64,000 nucleotides of DNA from Macrostomum hystrix (taxonomy: Eukaryota > Animalia > Platyhelminthes), in NCBI GenBank assembly GCA_950097015.1, contig CATNEN010000007.1:5146001-5210000 (forward strand), in the 5' to 3' direction. The notes below the pieces were generated by a model, which saw only the letters and a list, made by a program, of their open reading frames with translations, was not told where the DNA came from and searched no databases. Below, piece after piece: positions 24,846 through 37,481 of the stretch. Made by a program: the position numbers and the translations under genes. The number at the start of each line of letters is the position of its first letter. Position 1 is the first letter of the stretch.

Positions 24846-25537
24846 GGTTGAGATTTTTGCTATGGTGGTTGTCGCTTAGATAGTTAAGTGCCGACATTTT
24901 TAATGCAGACATAAAATCAAGGCGTTCTATTCTTTGTCTCGCTCTCGCAACACTGTGAATTTGAAATCACTCACATTTCGCTGCACATACCTGAAGTTTT
25001 ACCTGACCGTTTTTACTTGTGTGTTATTAACTGAATTTAATTCATGTATTATCACATTTTGTATTTTTGCTTAGGCCGAGTATTTTCTAAAATCTTCAAA
25101 TGCTTTGCGCTCTTTCCTATTTTTGTGCGTCGTATTATTGTCATAATGAATGCTTGTAGTAGTAGAATATAGCTTGTGTGTCTCCATGTGTCAATCTGCT
25201 CTCTTCTGTGCTTATATTCACTGCCGCACTTGTTAAATGTGTAGATAATTATTTGTTACATTTTTATAAATCTTTGTTATATATTGTCTTTTTTATTTTC
25301 TACTTAGTAAGTAGTATAGGTATAGTGAGTTACCGTGTCTGATATATTCTCTGTGCATCTAGTCAGGACAGTTTCTGTTCGAAAACATGTTTATAATTAG
25401 CTCGGCTCCTGTGATGTTGTTTCGCCCTATTAATGTCACTAGTAAGAACCAATTGTATCAAATTTTGTACAAGTAGCAAGTACAATTATTGTAATCAATG
25501 CACCAAATATGTTTATGTATGAATTGTAGCTTTTTTT

Positions 25538-25837
25538 CCAAGACCACTAGAGGAAGATAGACGGGACACTTCGTTTCTTGGAAAATTTATCTAAGGCGGA
25601 TTTTTTGCACGGAAAAATGCACTAGCGAGATTCACGTTTTTCACATTCAAAATGTTGATAACTTTTTTGGAAGCAGATCCAACGCGGTTGGATTGGATTT
25701 TGCAACATAACTTGCAAAAAATGTTGCTTCAGTGAATTTTAGAAAGCTTCATTCATGAATGATTTATCATTATTATGTTATCGTTTATTTATCATGAAAC
25801 ACGAAGTGTCCCGTCCTTATTCTTCTAGTGGTCTTTG
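25538..25837. mobile_element. About 300-bp MITE with ~40-bp TIRs, P-element-like termini
   Basis: CCAAGACCACTAGAGGAAGATAGACGGGACACTTCG ... CGAAGTGTCCCGTCCTTATTCTTCTAGTGGTCTTTG; flanks CTTTTTTT/CTTTTCAT may be a decayed 8-bp TSD. Confidence 0.75.
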
Positions 25838-27442
25838 CTTTTCATTAGCTGTTGTTGTGTCTCATGTGCGCTTCAAGCTTATCCAGAAAATTATCAGCCT
25901 GGCAATCAATCAGTTTTGCTCTAGAAAAATGCCTCTTTGTGAGGAACGGGTTTTGCTCTGAAGTTAGACTTCGATGTTTTCTATCGATGCAGCTGACCTT
26001 GAGGTATACTCAATATGAGATGAACTCAATCAAGTAGAACTCCGAAATAGTGATCATTGTGTTGATACCTGTCAGCACAGCTGCCGTATGTATTCTGACA
26101 CGTTTTCTGCTATGCTTTTTTCGCGCTTCTCTTTTTCACAAATTCTTTGCTACTGAAGTTATACACGAAATATTCCCGTTTGCAACTGATTTCTTTGTGT
26201 AAATTATTTGTTATTAGTTTGTTATTAAAACCCATGTTCAGCACAGTGCAAAATACATAGGAATATGTGAAGGCGGATGTAACCTAAAATTGCGTGTGTT
26301 TGAGTACAACAACAATGTTACAATTGGATCTACTTTTCGATCAGCTTTTTATTGCTGCGTTTTTTGGTTCTGACTTTTTAGCCCATTTTAACCTTATATA
26401 ATACTTTTGCTCCAAGTTACAAGTAATAGACTGATGTAACATTTGGTCTTACGCTGTATAACTATAGTATTACGTTGAGCGTCTAGTGACATAAGGAACA
26501 AAATATGATCGATTTGTGATTAAGAAGAATAGAATGCTGCTGCACTTCTACATGTAGGCCTAAATTTTAACGAATCATTATATGTTCACCGACAACTTAG
26601 AAGTGTAATCTAAGTATACGTATACGTATATGGATAGTTGTGTTCAAAAACGTTTCAATAGTGGCAATAATGAAAAGTTATTGTAACTCAACAATCGCTT
26701 ACTCGTTTATCAATGGTTACTGAAAAAATAGACTTACGGGTACTTAATTTTTTACGCTTCTCGCGTTGTAACAAATGTTTGTAGTCTTGCGCTTTTACTA
26801 TACCATTTTAGGTATATTACAACAATTAATTCACCAACAAAAATAATTTTTTACACTTTTATGCTTGCTTAAGACATTATTAAAAACTTCTATATATTCT
26901 AGAAACTTCATTTCCTTTTAAAATGATGTATAGGGTGTGTTTCATAAAAAGAACGTGTTTCTTATTTCTAATAAAATGTTCGTTTTTAAAGCCCCTGCTT
27001 TTACAGTAGTTCTAACTCCCTAAGTAGCGTTATGTTTATTTAGTATCCTTTATGTAGAATATATGATTGTGTCTTATTCATTATTTATTTTGTGTACACA
27101 GTAGTCCTCGGATCGGCAATCGGGCCTATACTCTATAGATTATAAGTTGTTTTTTTCGCATCCTATATGGCCTACGATTATATAAAATTCCCAGATATAA
27201 AGAGTCTATCGTTTTTTGTCTATCGCTTGTTAAAAAACTAAATCAACATAAATACTATAATAACATACCCACAATAATTGCCAGACAACATTTGCCAGCA
27301 TTCTGGGAAACTTGCAAACCAGTTTGTCTAGAAATTTAGTTGTACATACTAGCAAGTTTTGCCCCCCTTCGGGGAGCAGAAATACTTTTAATTCGTCTAG
27401 TATATACTTTTCAGCAGCTGAATTTACAGCTTTTTATAGCTA

Positions 27443-28250
27443 CAATGAACCCCCAGTTGACAATGATCCCCCAGTTGATGATGATCCCCTAGTTGATGAT
27501 GATCCCCTAGTTGACAATTATCCCCCAGTTGACAATGATCCCCCAGTTGACAATGAACCCCCAGTTGACAATGAACCCCCAGTTGACAATGATCCCCCAG
27601 TTGACAATGATCCCCCAGTTGACAATGATCCTGCCCGTTGACAATGATCCCACAGTTGACAATGATCCCCCAGTTGACAATGATCCCCCAGTTCACAATG
27701 ATCCCCCAGTTCACAATGATCCCCCAGTTAACAAAGATCCCCCAGTTCTCAATGATCCCCCAGTTGATGATGACTCCCCATTGATGATGATCCCCAGTTA
27801 ACAATGTTCCTCCAGTTGACAATGTTCCCCCAGTTGACAATGATCCCCCAGTTGATGATGATCACCCAGTTGACAATGATCCCCCAGTTGACAATGATCC
27901 CCCAGTTGACAATGATCCCACAGTTGACAATGATCCGCCAGTTGATGATGATCCCCCAGTTGACAATGATCCCCCAGTTGACAATGATCCCCCAGTTGAC
28001 AATGAACCCCAGTTGACAACGATCCCCCAGTTGACAATGATCCCCCAGTTGACAATGATCCCCCAGTTGACAATGATCCCACAGTTGACAATGATCCCCC
28101 AGTTCACAATGATCCCCCAGTTGATGATGATCCCCCAGTTGACAATGATCCCCCAGTTGACAATTATCCCCCAGTTTACCATGATCCCCCAGTTGACAAT
28201 TATCCCCCAGTTCACCATGATCCCCATTTTGATGATGACTCCCCAGTTGA
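27443..28250. repeat. 18-bp minisatellite GACAATGATCCCCCAGTT, about 45 copies
   Basis: Tandem units visible. Confidence 0.95.
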
Positions 28251-28254
28251 CGTT

Positions 28255-29660
28255 GATTTTTCAAACGCTGGGTTAGCCAAGATTCAAACTCAGGTTTCGC
28301 CATGTTTTAAACCCTGGTGGGCTATGATTCAAACTCTCGTTTTGCCATGATTCAGACTCTGGTTGGCTATGATTTAAACTCTGGTTTAGCCATGATTCAA
28401 ACTCTGGTTTAGCCATGATTCAAACTCTGGTTTAGCCATGATTCAAACGCTGGGTTAGCCATGATTGAAACTCGGTTTTTGCCATGATTCAAACTCTGGT
28501 TTAGCCATGATTCAAACGCTGGGTTAGCCATGATTGAAACTCTGGTTTAGCCAAGATTCAAACTCTGATTGGCTATGATTCAAACTCTGGTTTAGCCATG
28601 ATTCAAACTCTGGTTTAGCCATGATTCAAACTCTGGTTTAGCCATGATTCAAACTCTGGTTTAGCCATGATTCAGACGCTGGTTTAGCCATGCTGATGAT
28701 GATGGTTTAGCCATGATTCAGACTCTGGTTTAGCCACGATTCAAACTCTGGTGTAGCCATTATTCAAACTCTGGTTTAGCCATGATTCAGACGCTGGTTT
28801 AGCCATGCTGATGATGATGGTTTAGCCATGATTCAAACTCTGGTTTATCCATGATTCAAACTCTAGTTTAGCCATGCTGATGATGATGGTTTAGCCATGA
28901 TTGAAACTCTGGTTTAGCCAAGATTCAAACTCTGATTGGCTATGATTCAAACTCTGGTTTAGCCATGATTCAAACTCTGGTTTAGCCATGATTCAAACTC
29001 TGGTTTAGCCATGATTCAAACTCTGGTTTAGCCATGATTCAGACGCTGGTTTAGCCATGCTGATGATGATGGTTTAGCCATGATTCAGACTCTGGTTTAG
29101 CCACGATTCAAACTCTGGTGTAGCCATTATTCAAACTCTGGTTTAGCCATGATTCAGACGCTGGTTTAGCCATGCTGATGATGATGGTTTAGCCATGATT
29201 CAAACTCTGGTTTATCCATGATTCAAACTCTAGTTTAGCCATGCTGATGATGATGGTTTAGCCATGATTCAAACTCTGGTTTATCCATGATTCAAACTCT
29301 GGTTTAGCCATGCTGATGATGATGGTTTAGCCATGATTCAAAGCGTGGTGTAGCCATGATTTAGTCTCTGGTTTAGCCATGATTCAAACTCTGGTTTAGC
29401 CATGATTCAGACGCTGGTTTAGCCATGATTCAAACGCTGGGTTAGCCATGATTGAAACTCTGGTTTAGCCATGATTCAGACTCTAGTTTAGCCATGATTC
29501 AGACTCTGCTTTAGCCATGATTCAGACTCTAGTTTAGCCATGATTCAAGATCTGGTTTAGCCATGATTCAAACTCTGGTTTAGCCATGATTCAAACTCTG
29601 GTTTAGTCATGATTCAAACTCTATTTTTTGCAATGATTCAAACTCAGGTGTGCTATGATT
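28255..29660. repeat. 23-bp minisatellite GCCATGATTCAAACTCTGGTTTA with a ~367-bp higher-order duplication
   Basis: Marker AAGATTCAAACTCTGATTGGC at 28553 and 28920. Confidence 0.95.
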
Positions 29661-29999
29661 TATGATATTTTATTTACGAAATCAAAAAAATAAATTAAAA
29701 TAGTCTTCAATCACTACTGGCTGCAAATTAGTCTAAAATGATTTGACGCAGTGCAGAATCAAACCCTAGCCTAGCCTATAACCTATTCCTAGTGCCTACA
29801 CATAGGCTATTCCGACTGTTGGTTAGTGGGTGCAAAAATCTGCCTTATAAAATGAATTCTCTCAGAGTACACTCAGTCTCGCGGTTGGTTGTGTACATTT
29901 ATTTCAAATTTGTCTCCAGAGTGCAGGCTTCAAATTCAATCAGCTAGGGGTTGTTGCGCAATTTTACGATGCAATTCTAATTCAGTGGCAGTGAGTAAA

Positions 30000-30227
30000 A
30001 TTCTCAATAGGCCAAGATGGTTTGACCTTTGAAAAATCATGTTTTTCGAATATTTAATCCCTTTAGCAATGAAGTTAAGCTTAATAAAAATACGTGTAAA
30101 ATTGTCCCCATATTTGGCATCTTTTGGTGAAGAAATGGTGAAAATTGGTTGAGCCGTTCGGGAGAAAATCAATTACAAGCAAGCAAGCAAGCAACCAAGC
30201 AACCATTTCATTTTTAGTATAGTGGAT
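30000..30227 (+). mobile_element. Possible non-autonomous Helitron/Helentron-like (DINE/Lep1-type) remnant
   Basis: AAAATTGGTTGAGCCGTTCGGGAGAAA followed by a (CAAG)n microsatellite and TTTTAGTATAG, which is the usual 3' layout of such elements. Confidence 0.4.
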
Positions 30228-31287
30228 TTCTTTTTTTGAGGCATTTAGTTTGATATTTTGTTTTTATATAAATAGAAACTTGTGTGGAGACAAAAGTTAG
30301 TTTTTGTTCATTCACATTTGTATTCTACTCAACCATTGGTATTGAGCCTATCATTCATTAATAAAATAAGGCAGTTGTTTTTTTTGGTTAACTGGATAAT
30401 TAGCAATTTCGAATATTTGTCCAGTTAACCAGACAAATAGCTATCATTTTTGTCCAATAAAGAGGCAGAAAAATATACACCAATAATGCATAGATTGATG
30501 TAATAAATTTTTGTAGTTTTTTTATTCTACAGTGAGGCCAAATTCATTTGGGTGTAGCCACAAAGAGAGGGCTTATCGGGCTTGTTTACATTTTGTACAG
30601 TTTAATATGGACTAAATATTTCAACTTAGTTCGTAAATTAGTAGTAAGTTGGTAGGTCTACTATTTATTTTAAAGTATTATAATCATTTTGTTTGTTTAC
30701 TCTAGTTAGCTAGTTTAGTTAACCAGGCTAACTAGTTAGTGTGGATACTGTATGCTAAGTAGTAGGGCCAATTCTAGTAGGCCCTAGACTAGAGTAGGTT
30801 CCTAGGCTAAACAGACATACCAAAATGATGCTTTGAAATATATTAGTAAAAAGGTAAATATGTTGGTTTTGGATGGTTGTTTGTGTAAATAAAAATGTAC
30901 TTAAAATAATTAGGTCAAAATTATCAAACCAAAGTCTAACTTTAGTGACCATTTTCTGTTGAAAGAATGAACTCTTAAAATAATTTGGGGCAATGAAGAT
31001 TTATCCAAAAACGAAATAATCTGCTACCAGTAATTAAATATGGCACCAGCTAATTTTTTTATACTTACGTATATATAAATAGTCATTTTTAGTTGTCCCT
31101 CAAGCCTTCAACTTTAAAGTTAAGGTCATCTTATTGTTTAGATGTGCTATTAATAGTCTAGTTATTATTAAAATAATATTAGTTGAACATCCTTACTCTA
31201 TCTATATAATAATATTTTAACATTTGGTATTTTACTATAGCTACGTAGTTAACTGTTTTAGCAAATCAAGGATACTTTTCTGTTGCT

Positions 31288-31300
31288 GTTGCTATGATAC
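31288..31300. promoter_or_regulatory. RFX X-box-like site GTTGCTATGATAC upstream of the MPHOSPH9-like gene
   Basis: About 350 bp 5' of ATG 31651; a second half-site GTTGCTAGCAGC lies near 31558. Confidence 0.45.
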
Positions 31301-31650
31301 AAAGCTAAAAATGATGGTAGCTATTAGCTTTTTAAGCTATATAGCAGTAGTAATAAGATAATGTACTAGGCATTTTTTAAAATTATGTCTGATCAGTTTT
31401 TGTGATAATATAATATTCAATTGTGGTTCTTGGCAACTCTATATGCTTAATAATATATGCAAATGGGTTTTTACATTATATTGATATACACCTGTATTTT
31501 TTGTTTTAACAAAGCCCAAAAAACAAGTTAAAGCCTTTCTAAGAAGCAAAAAGATATTGTTGCTAGCAGCGATTTATGTTGCCCAAGTTTTTTTCTAAAT
31601 ATATTTGTACATAATAAACTGCTGATTGACCTATTTTAGCACAGCTGAAC

Positions 31651-34600
31651 ATGTGCAGTAGTGAAGACAATGAGGCTTTGGCTGCTGTAAGTGAGGAATC
31701 TGTTGTCGCCAATAATTCCAACCAGAGCCTGCATTCAGAATTAGATGAGGCCAGGCCTGCCTCTGCCACTCCGCAAGAACAACAGCCGCTGCCGCCACCT
31801 TCCATGGCTGTTGTTGAAGCCCCGTCGCCAATTCAGTCGGACCCAGAAGAGGCCGAAGACAATGCGCCAGATGTTCAGCAGGCAGCGGGACAGCTTTCGG
31901 ATGATGAACAGTTTCAGCAGCTCAGCGATCAGCCCAGTGGCGAGGCGGAAGATGCCGGCAAAGCCGATGCTGACGATGACGAAGACGAGGAAGGCAATGG
32001 GGCTGCCCTGCTTCAGCAACTGTCGGAGAGTCTGAGGCAGCAGCCGGACTCGGCAGTTAGCGACGACTTTGTGGTTGGTGCTCACAATGTCACTTTCTCT
32101 AACTTTCTCTTCTACCCAAGCCTTCTTCTCGCGCATTTATTATGTTCCATGTCTCTACTGGGGACTTTTTTCGGTGGGTCAGTGGCAGAGCGGTTTAACG
32201 CGTTTGCCTCTCGCATTTAGGTCCCTGAGCTCGATTCCGCGGCGAGGCCACCGTATATTCCGGGCGCAGCGAAGAAAGCTTAGGGGCTTGTCGTGCAATT
32301 TGCGCCCTTGAGGGCCAACTTCCAAGGCACAGTAAAAGTCAGGGCAGATGAGTGAGTGCCAGCGTACGGTATCTGTGTGCTTGTGTGCTCAGGAGTCTGC
32401 GAAATGGGTAGAATTGCCTCCTGGGTCCAGTGTCACCAAATTATGTGCCATTGCCCGCAGCTGCAAATATTATTATTATAGCAATTCCTTTCTCCCTTCC
32501 AGAGCCACGACTCTGCGCATCGGGCCGCAGTGCACAGGCAGCTGGGAGATCACAAACGCGAGCTGGACATGCTGCAGGTGCTAATTGGCTGTTTCTGATT
32601 GGTTTGAATTTACACTGATTCGTGCGTGTTATATTACTCACAGTAGCCAATCCGCTGCCTCCTTCAATTCGCTTTCTTCAGTCGCAGATTCGTCGCGAGT
32701 TAGCCGAGGAGAAGCGCCAGCTGGATCAGCGGCTGGCCAGTCGGCGACAGACTGCGGAGTCTGCGACCGTGGAGGACCGGGTGAGGTCTTGCTTCTCGCT
32801 TCTACCCCTATTCTTCAGGGGGTGGGAGTCCCCACCTTCCCATCCATTCTGCCGGAATAATCCCCACTTTCCCATCCATTCTGCCAGAATAATCCCCACT
32901 TTCCCATCTATTCTGCCAGAATAATCCCAATCTTCCCATTCGTTCTGGCAAAATAATTCACTCCTTCCCAGCCTTTTAATTTCCTCTGTTTTCCTTCGCT
33001 GTCGCAGCCGTCGCGCCTGGCCCTGGACAATCCCATTCACGTTGCGCTGAACCTGCGACCCGGCAGCGCTGCCCGATCTTACCTGCCGGCCGAGCTCCTA
33101 CCGTCTGGCCGAGTCTCATCAGCCGGGCAGCAGCGGGTCCTGCCATCGACGCTGACCTCTGAGGAGCTGCGCCTGCTTGAAGACGTTCGGCACCGTCTAG
33201 CCAGAGCGTCTGTGGACAATCCGGAGCTGCCGATGCCGCAGCCTCGACCGCGCCAGCCCCGTCGCGCCGCCGCAGCCGAGGACAATCAGTTTGAACAGCG
33301 GAAGCAGAGGTCAGAGTCGGCGATGGCTGCCTCGGCTGCGGCTAGAGCTGACGAGGATGCAGCCGAGGCGGACACAGACTGGGTGGATCCGTTGGTTCGC
33401 AGCACTCACGAGCGTCTGGCCGGAGTTAGCGACAGAATCCGGCGATATCAGCGCGAGTCCAACGATTATTTCAATCAAAGCGTCCTACTGGGCTTCAGTC
33501 CGACCGAGAAGGATGACGCCAACAATACTGCCGCTGTCGCTAATGGAGGTGAAAAATTAAAACAATGAATTTGTCATGTTTGGAAAATGTTACAGATTGA
33601 ATTTTCTCAAAATTTGAAGATTTTTTAGTTTCTTAGAAACACAAAGTAAAGTATTATATATTTCAGGTCGCTTCCGCGGATCGAATCATTCCGCCGAGTT
33701 TCAGGCGGACAGTTTTAGAGGCCCCTACGATCTTGGAGGCTTTAGTCGCTACAATGGACAGTCTGCTGGATTTGTGAGAGCAGTGTTTTAAAAAATCAAA
33801 TCTGCAACCCTATCTGAATCCCTACACCACAATATTAAAGCCAAATACTCTACCTGAAACCCTAAACCCTGAAATCTTAGAATACTGAACGAAACTTAAA
33901 AGTACGTTTTAAAGCCTTCGAACCGGTTCGATTCGCAGACCTCTGCCATGTCGCCTCCGAGTGCCGGCGCGCTGGTGCAGCAGCTGAGCCCGGCCGACGC
34001 CGACACCTACGAGGCGGAGGTCGCCGTTGGTCGCCTTCGTCGCCGCAATCACGTGTCGGCGTCGTCTGGGAGAGGCGATCGTCCGGAACAGCAGGAGAGC
34101 TCTGTCACCGCCGCTTTCGAGGAGGAACGACTCCGGCTGCTGCGCGAATTGCGCGACGCTCGAGCCGAGGCTTCCCGAGCTGCCGACCTGCGCCGCCAGC
34201 TGGAGGAGGCTCATTCAGCCCTGTTCGAAGCCGCCGAAGGTGTCGCATCGTTGAAGCGCGAGCACGCTGCGGCGCTGGCACGCGAGCGCGCCGAATCCGA
34301 GCGTCTGCGCGTCCGGCTGGCGGAGGCGCGCGCCGAAACGGACCGGCTGAAGCGACGATTGGCCGGTGCGGAGTCGGAGCAGATGTTTCTGCGAAATAGG
34401 GAGCGCGGCGTTGGGTGGGTGCTGCTTTCCCATTTCTTAAGATCAAAGAATAATAATAATAAACTTAAAATCTCTTCAAATCTCATAATCTAGGCATACT
34501 CTATCTTGATATCCCTTGAGGATTATCTAAACATCACTTTAGGATTTTTAATAAAATATTTAACGCTTCTTTTTGAATCCCTCAATTTTTTCCAAGAACC

Positions 34601-36430
34601 TCATGAAAATTTTCTAAGAACACGTTAAGTATTATCTAAAAATCCATTTAGGATTTTCGAAAAAAATATTATAGGATTTTTTTAAGAATCTAAAAATTTT
34701 TAATACGTTTTTTTTATAAACCCTTTGAGAATTATTTAACACTCCCTGGAGGGTTATCTAAAACTCCCTGGAGGGTTATCTAAAACTCCCTGGAGGATTA
34801 TCTAAAACTCCCTGGAGGATTATCTAAAACTCCCTGGAGGATTATCTAAAACTCCCTGGAGGATTATCTAAAACACCCTGGAGGATTATCTAAAACTCCC
34901 TGGAGGATTATCTAAAACTCCCTGGAGGATTATCTAAAACTCCCTGGAGGATTATCTAAAACTCCCTGGAGGATTATCTAAAACACCCTGGAGGATTATC
35001 TAAAACACCCTGGAGGATTATCTAAAACTCCCTGGAGGATTATCTAAAACTCCCTTTTGGGATTTTTTCAAGAATCCCTTGTAGAATTAAAAACTCTCTT
35101 TTTGAAAGTCACATTAGAATGGTCTAAAACTCGTTTGACTTACTTGACTGCCTGGCGGTCCGAAGACTCAGCGGGGAGGCAGCAGTCGCCCAATCCGCTA
35201 ATGCCTGACTGCGGGGCCAGTCAGGGAGGTCCTTTGCCGGTGCTTTCTGCTGCTTATTGTTCCCTAGGGAGGAAAGATGCTCGTCTGGTAGCCCCGAGGA
35301 ACCGGACGAGCCGAGAGCTGTTCTCGGATCTGCAAACGTCATCAATGTATGGGTTCGGTCAGACGAAGTGCAGGGCATCCTCATTCTCGGGCACACAGTT
35401 TGGACACAGCTGGAGGTCTCCCCGGCATAGCAGCCATGGCCTGTGACGGCTCGGATGTCCTTCCGTGTTTGGTTCAGGAGGACCTCCCGGAGCCGGGGCA
35501 TCCCATGGTGTCCCTCCATCGGGTGTGATCCTGTGATCTTCTCAAACACTCACTTAATGATTTTATAAAAATATAAAGATGGGGATACTCTAATTTACCC
35601 GTGAATATTTTCAAAAATGTATATAGAGATAATTTCATTTATTTAGATCCCACTCTCTGTCCGGATCCGAGTGGAACGAGGACCAGCGGCTATCAATGGA
35701 ACCTCCGCGCTTCACCACTGATGGCCACCGCAGCCCCACGGAGGCGCTCCGTCAGTCTCTGGCCGACCTGGAGCGGCGGCAGCTGATTGACAGCCTGCCT
35801 CAGGCCAGGGACAGCATGAGCAATGGCGGTGGCAGCGGTGGCGCTCCGCATTGGAATCGCGATGCCCAGCTAGCCGAGATTCGAACCCTGGAGCAGCGCT
35901 ACGATCAGCTGCAGCTGGAGAAGCGCCGGGTTGAAAGCGCGCTCACCCACGTGCCGGGAGCCGGGTCGGCCAAATATGGACGGCAGAGCAGGGAGGACAA
36001 GGTGAGGCTGCTTGATTGATTCATCACTACCAACACTAGTCCCAGTCTCATTGCCTGTAAAAACTACCCTAATCCGATTTGAAAGGCCTCTGCAGCCACC
36101 GGCGGGTCTTCTCGTCCGTCTAAAAGAGGACAGAAATCAAAAACTAAACGATCTGCTTACTTTGTATAGTTAGTAGCACTGACAGTATCCAATTATTATA
36201 AATGCTAAAACTTATTTATCCGATGAAAAAAGCTTTGCTTGCTACTTACATTAGTTTAGTAAGTAGTGTAGTGCAGATCTGTAATGGATTTTCTATGTAA
36301 TAGCATAATTATACCCTATACATTTTTCGTGCAGGAGCGCTTGGAGAAGCGGCTGGACAGCATCGACAGGGAGCTGGGCTCCCTTCGCATCACCCTGCGC
36401 CAGTGTCACGTGATCAAATCGGCCAGTTGA
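31651..36430 (+). CDS. MPHOSPH9: M-phase phosphoprotein 9-like centriolar coiled-coil protein; exons 31651-32073, 32503-32577, 32682-32780, 33008-33548, 33667-33773, 33915(or 33939)-34414, 35647-36001, 36335-36430 (about 731 aa)
   Basis: All seven GT-AG introns are phase-compatible. The C-terminus EKRRVESALTHVP...ERLEKRLDSIDRELGSLRITLRQCHVIKS matches the MPHOSPH9 tail as I recall it (EKDQIEAALSRMP...LEDRLERINRELGSVRMTLKKFHVL). Confidence 0.78.
32174..32410 (+). mobile_element. tRNA-headed SINE family B in intron 1
   Basis: A box TGGCAGAGCGG, B-box-like GCTCGATTCC; body aligns with 51790-52032 (-). Confidence 0.85.
32830..32965. repeat. About 32-bp degenerate tandem repeat (CCCATCCATTCTGCCAGAATAATCCCCACTTT), four copies, intron 3
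   Basis: Direct repeats visible. Confidence 0.85.
34741..35055. repeat. 22-bp minisatellite CTCCCTGGAGGATTATCTAAAA, about 14 copies, with degenerate flanks
   Basis: Tandem units in intron 6. Confidence 0.95.
35130..35549 (-). mobile_element. Degenerate 3' end of a non-LTR retrotransposon (I/LOA/R1-type ORF2 C-terminus)
   Basis: Reads LLNQTRKDIRAVTGHG, then in a shifted frame CPNCVPENEDALHFV* (Cys-His knuckle) and RLVRFLGATRR, followed by an AAGT-like tail. Confidence 0.6.
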
Positions 36431-37029
36431 ACTGCCAGCTCTCTCTGCTAGCTTTACTTAACTCCTTAATTTCTATTTAATATAAATTCTTCGACTAATT
36501 TTCTGTCAGTGACCAAAGAACTTTGCGCGCGCATCGCACTACTGACATTTTAGCATTCTATTAATGTTTTTCATAGTCTATAAACCTAGCTAAATAGTTT
36601 GTTCGGGCTGTGAGAAGTTGTGCAGTCGACATTAATTTTCTGGAGAACTGAACAGCTGCTAGTTCCAGTTGTGTCTTCAATCAGTGAATTATTTTTCCTA
36701 ATAATTTTTCTCATATTTTTTTACTGTTTTCAGTTTACAAACGCGAAATAACGGAGCCAATGTACCATGCGATTAGCATTGCGTGTCATTCTGCTATGTT
36801 CTCTTTTCAACAATTTTCGCTGATGCTGTTTTCTGTTGCTACCAATCGCTTGCTTTGCAAATCAACGAAGATTACAAAAGTAAATAGGTTAATTTTTTCC
36901 TGGAAATTGTGTTTTGTACTACCTTTGTTCCTGCCATCTTCCTTCTGGCTCTTTGATTATTTTGTTATTCCTTGTTGATTTGCTCAATTAGTGTGGTGAC
37001 ATTGTTGCTAGTTCTTTATCCCTAATCAA

Positions 37030-37392
37030 ATTTTCACATCCCATATCCCATTTTCACATCCCATATCCTAGTTTCGAATCCCGTATTCCATTTTCACATC
37101 CCATATCCCATTTTCACATCCCATATCCCAGTTTCGAATCCCGTATTCCATTTTCACATCCCATTTCCAGTTTGACATCCTTATCCCATTTTCACATCCC
37201 ATTTCCCAGTTTGACATCCTAATCCCATTTTCACATCCCATTTTCCAGTTTGACATCCTAATCCCATTTTCACATCCCATATCCCAGTTTCGAATCCCGT
37301 ATCCCATGTTAACATCCCATTATCCCAGTTTGGCACGACATTATCCCAGCTCCCCATCCCATATCCCAGTTTCACATCCCATATCCCATTTT
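37030..37392. repeat. Composite ATCCCA-rich minisatellite (TTTTCACATCCCATATCCCA and related units)
   Basis: Tandem units ending about 90 bp before the acceptor at 37481. Confidence 0.9.
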
Positions 37393-37481
37393 TAAAGCCC
37401 CGAATTTGATTACATTTCGTTTTAAAAAATATATATCGATTTTGAAAGAAAAGCACTCAAATCTCACTCGGTCCGTTGCAG

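Noticed and set aside
36760-36978. 72-aa ORF as the first coding exon of the HPIP-like gene
   Set aside because: A phase-0 donor exists at 36880, but the composition is AT-rich and unlike the other exons; unsupported without RNA data.
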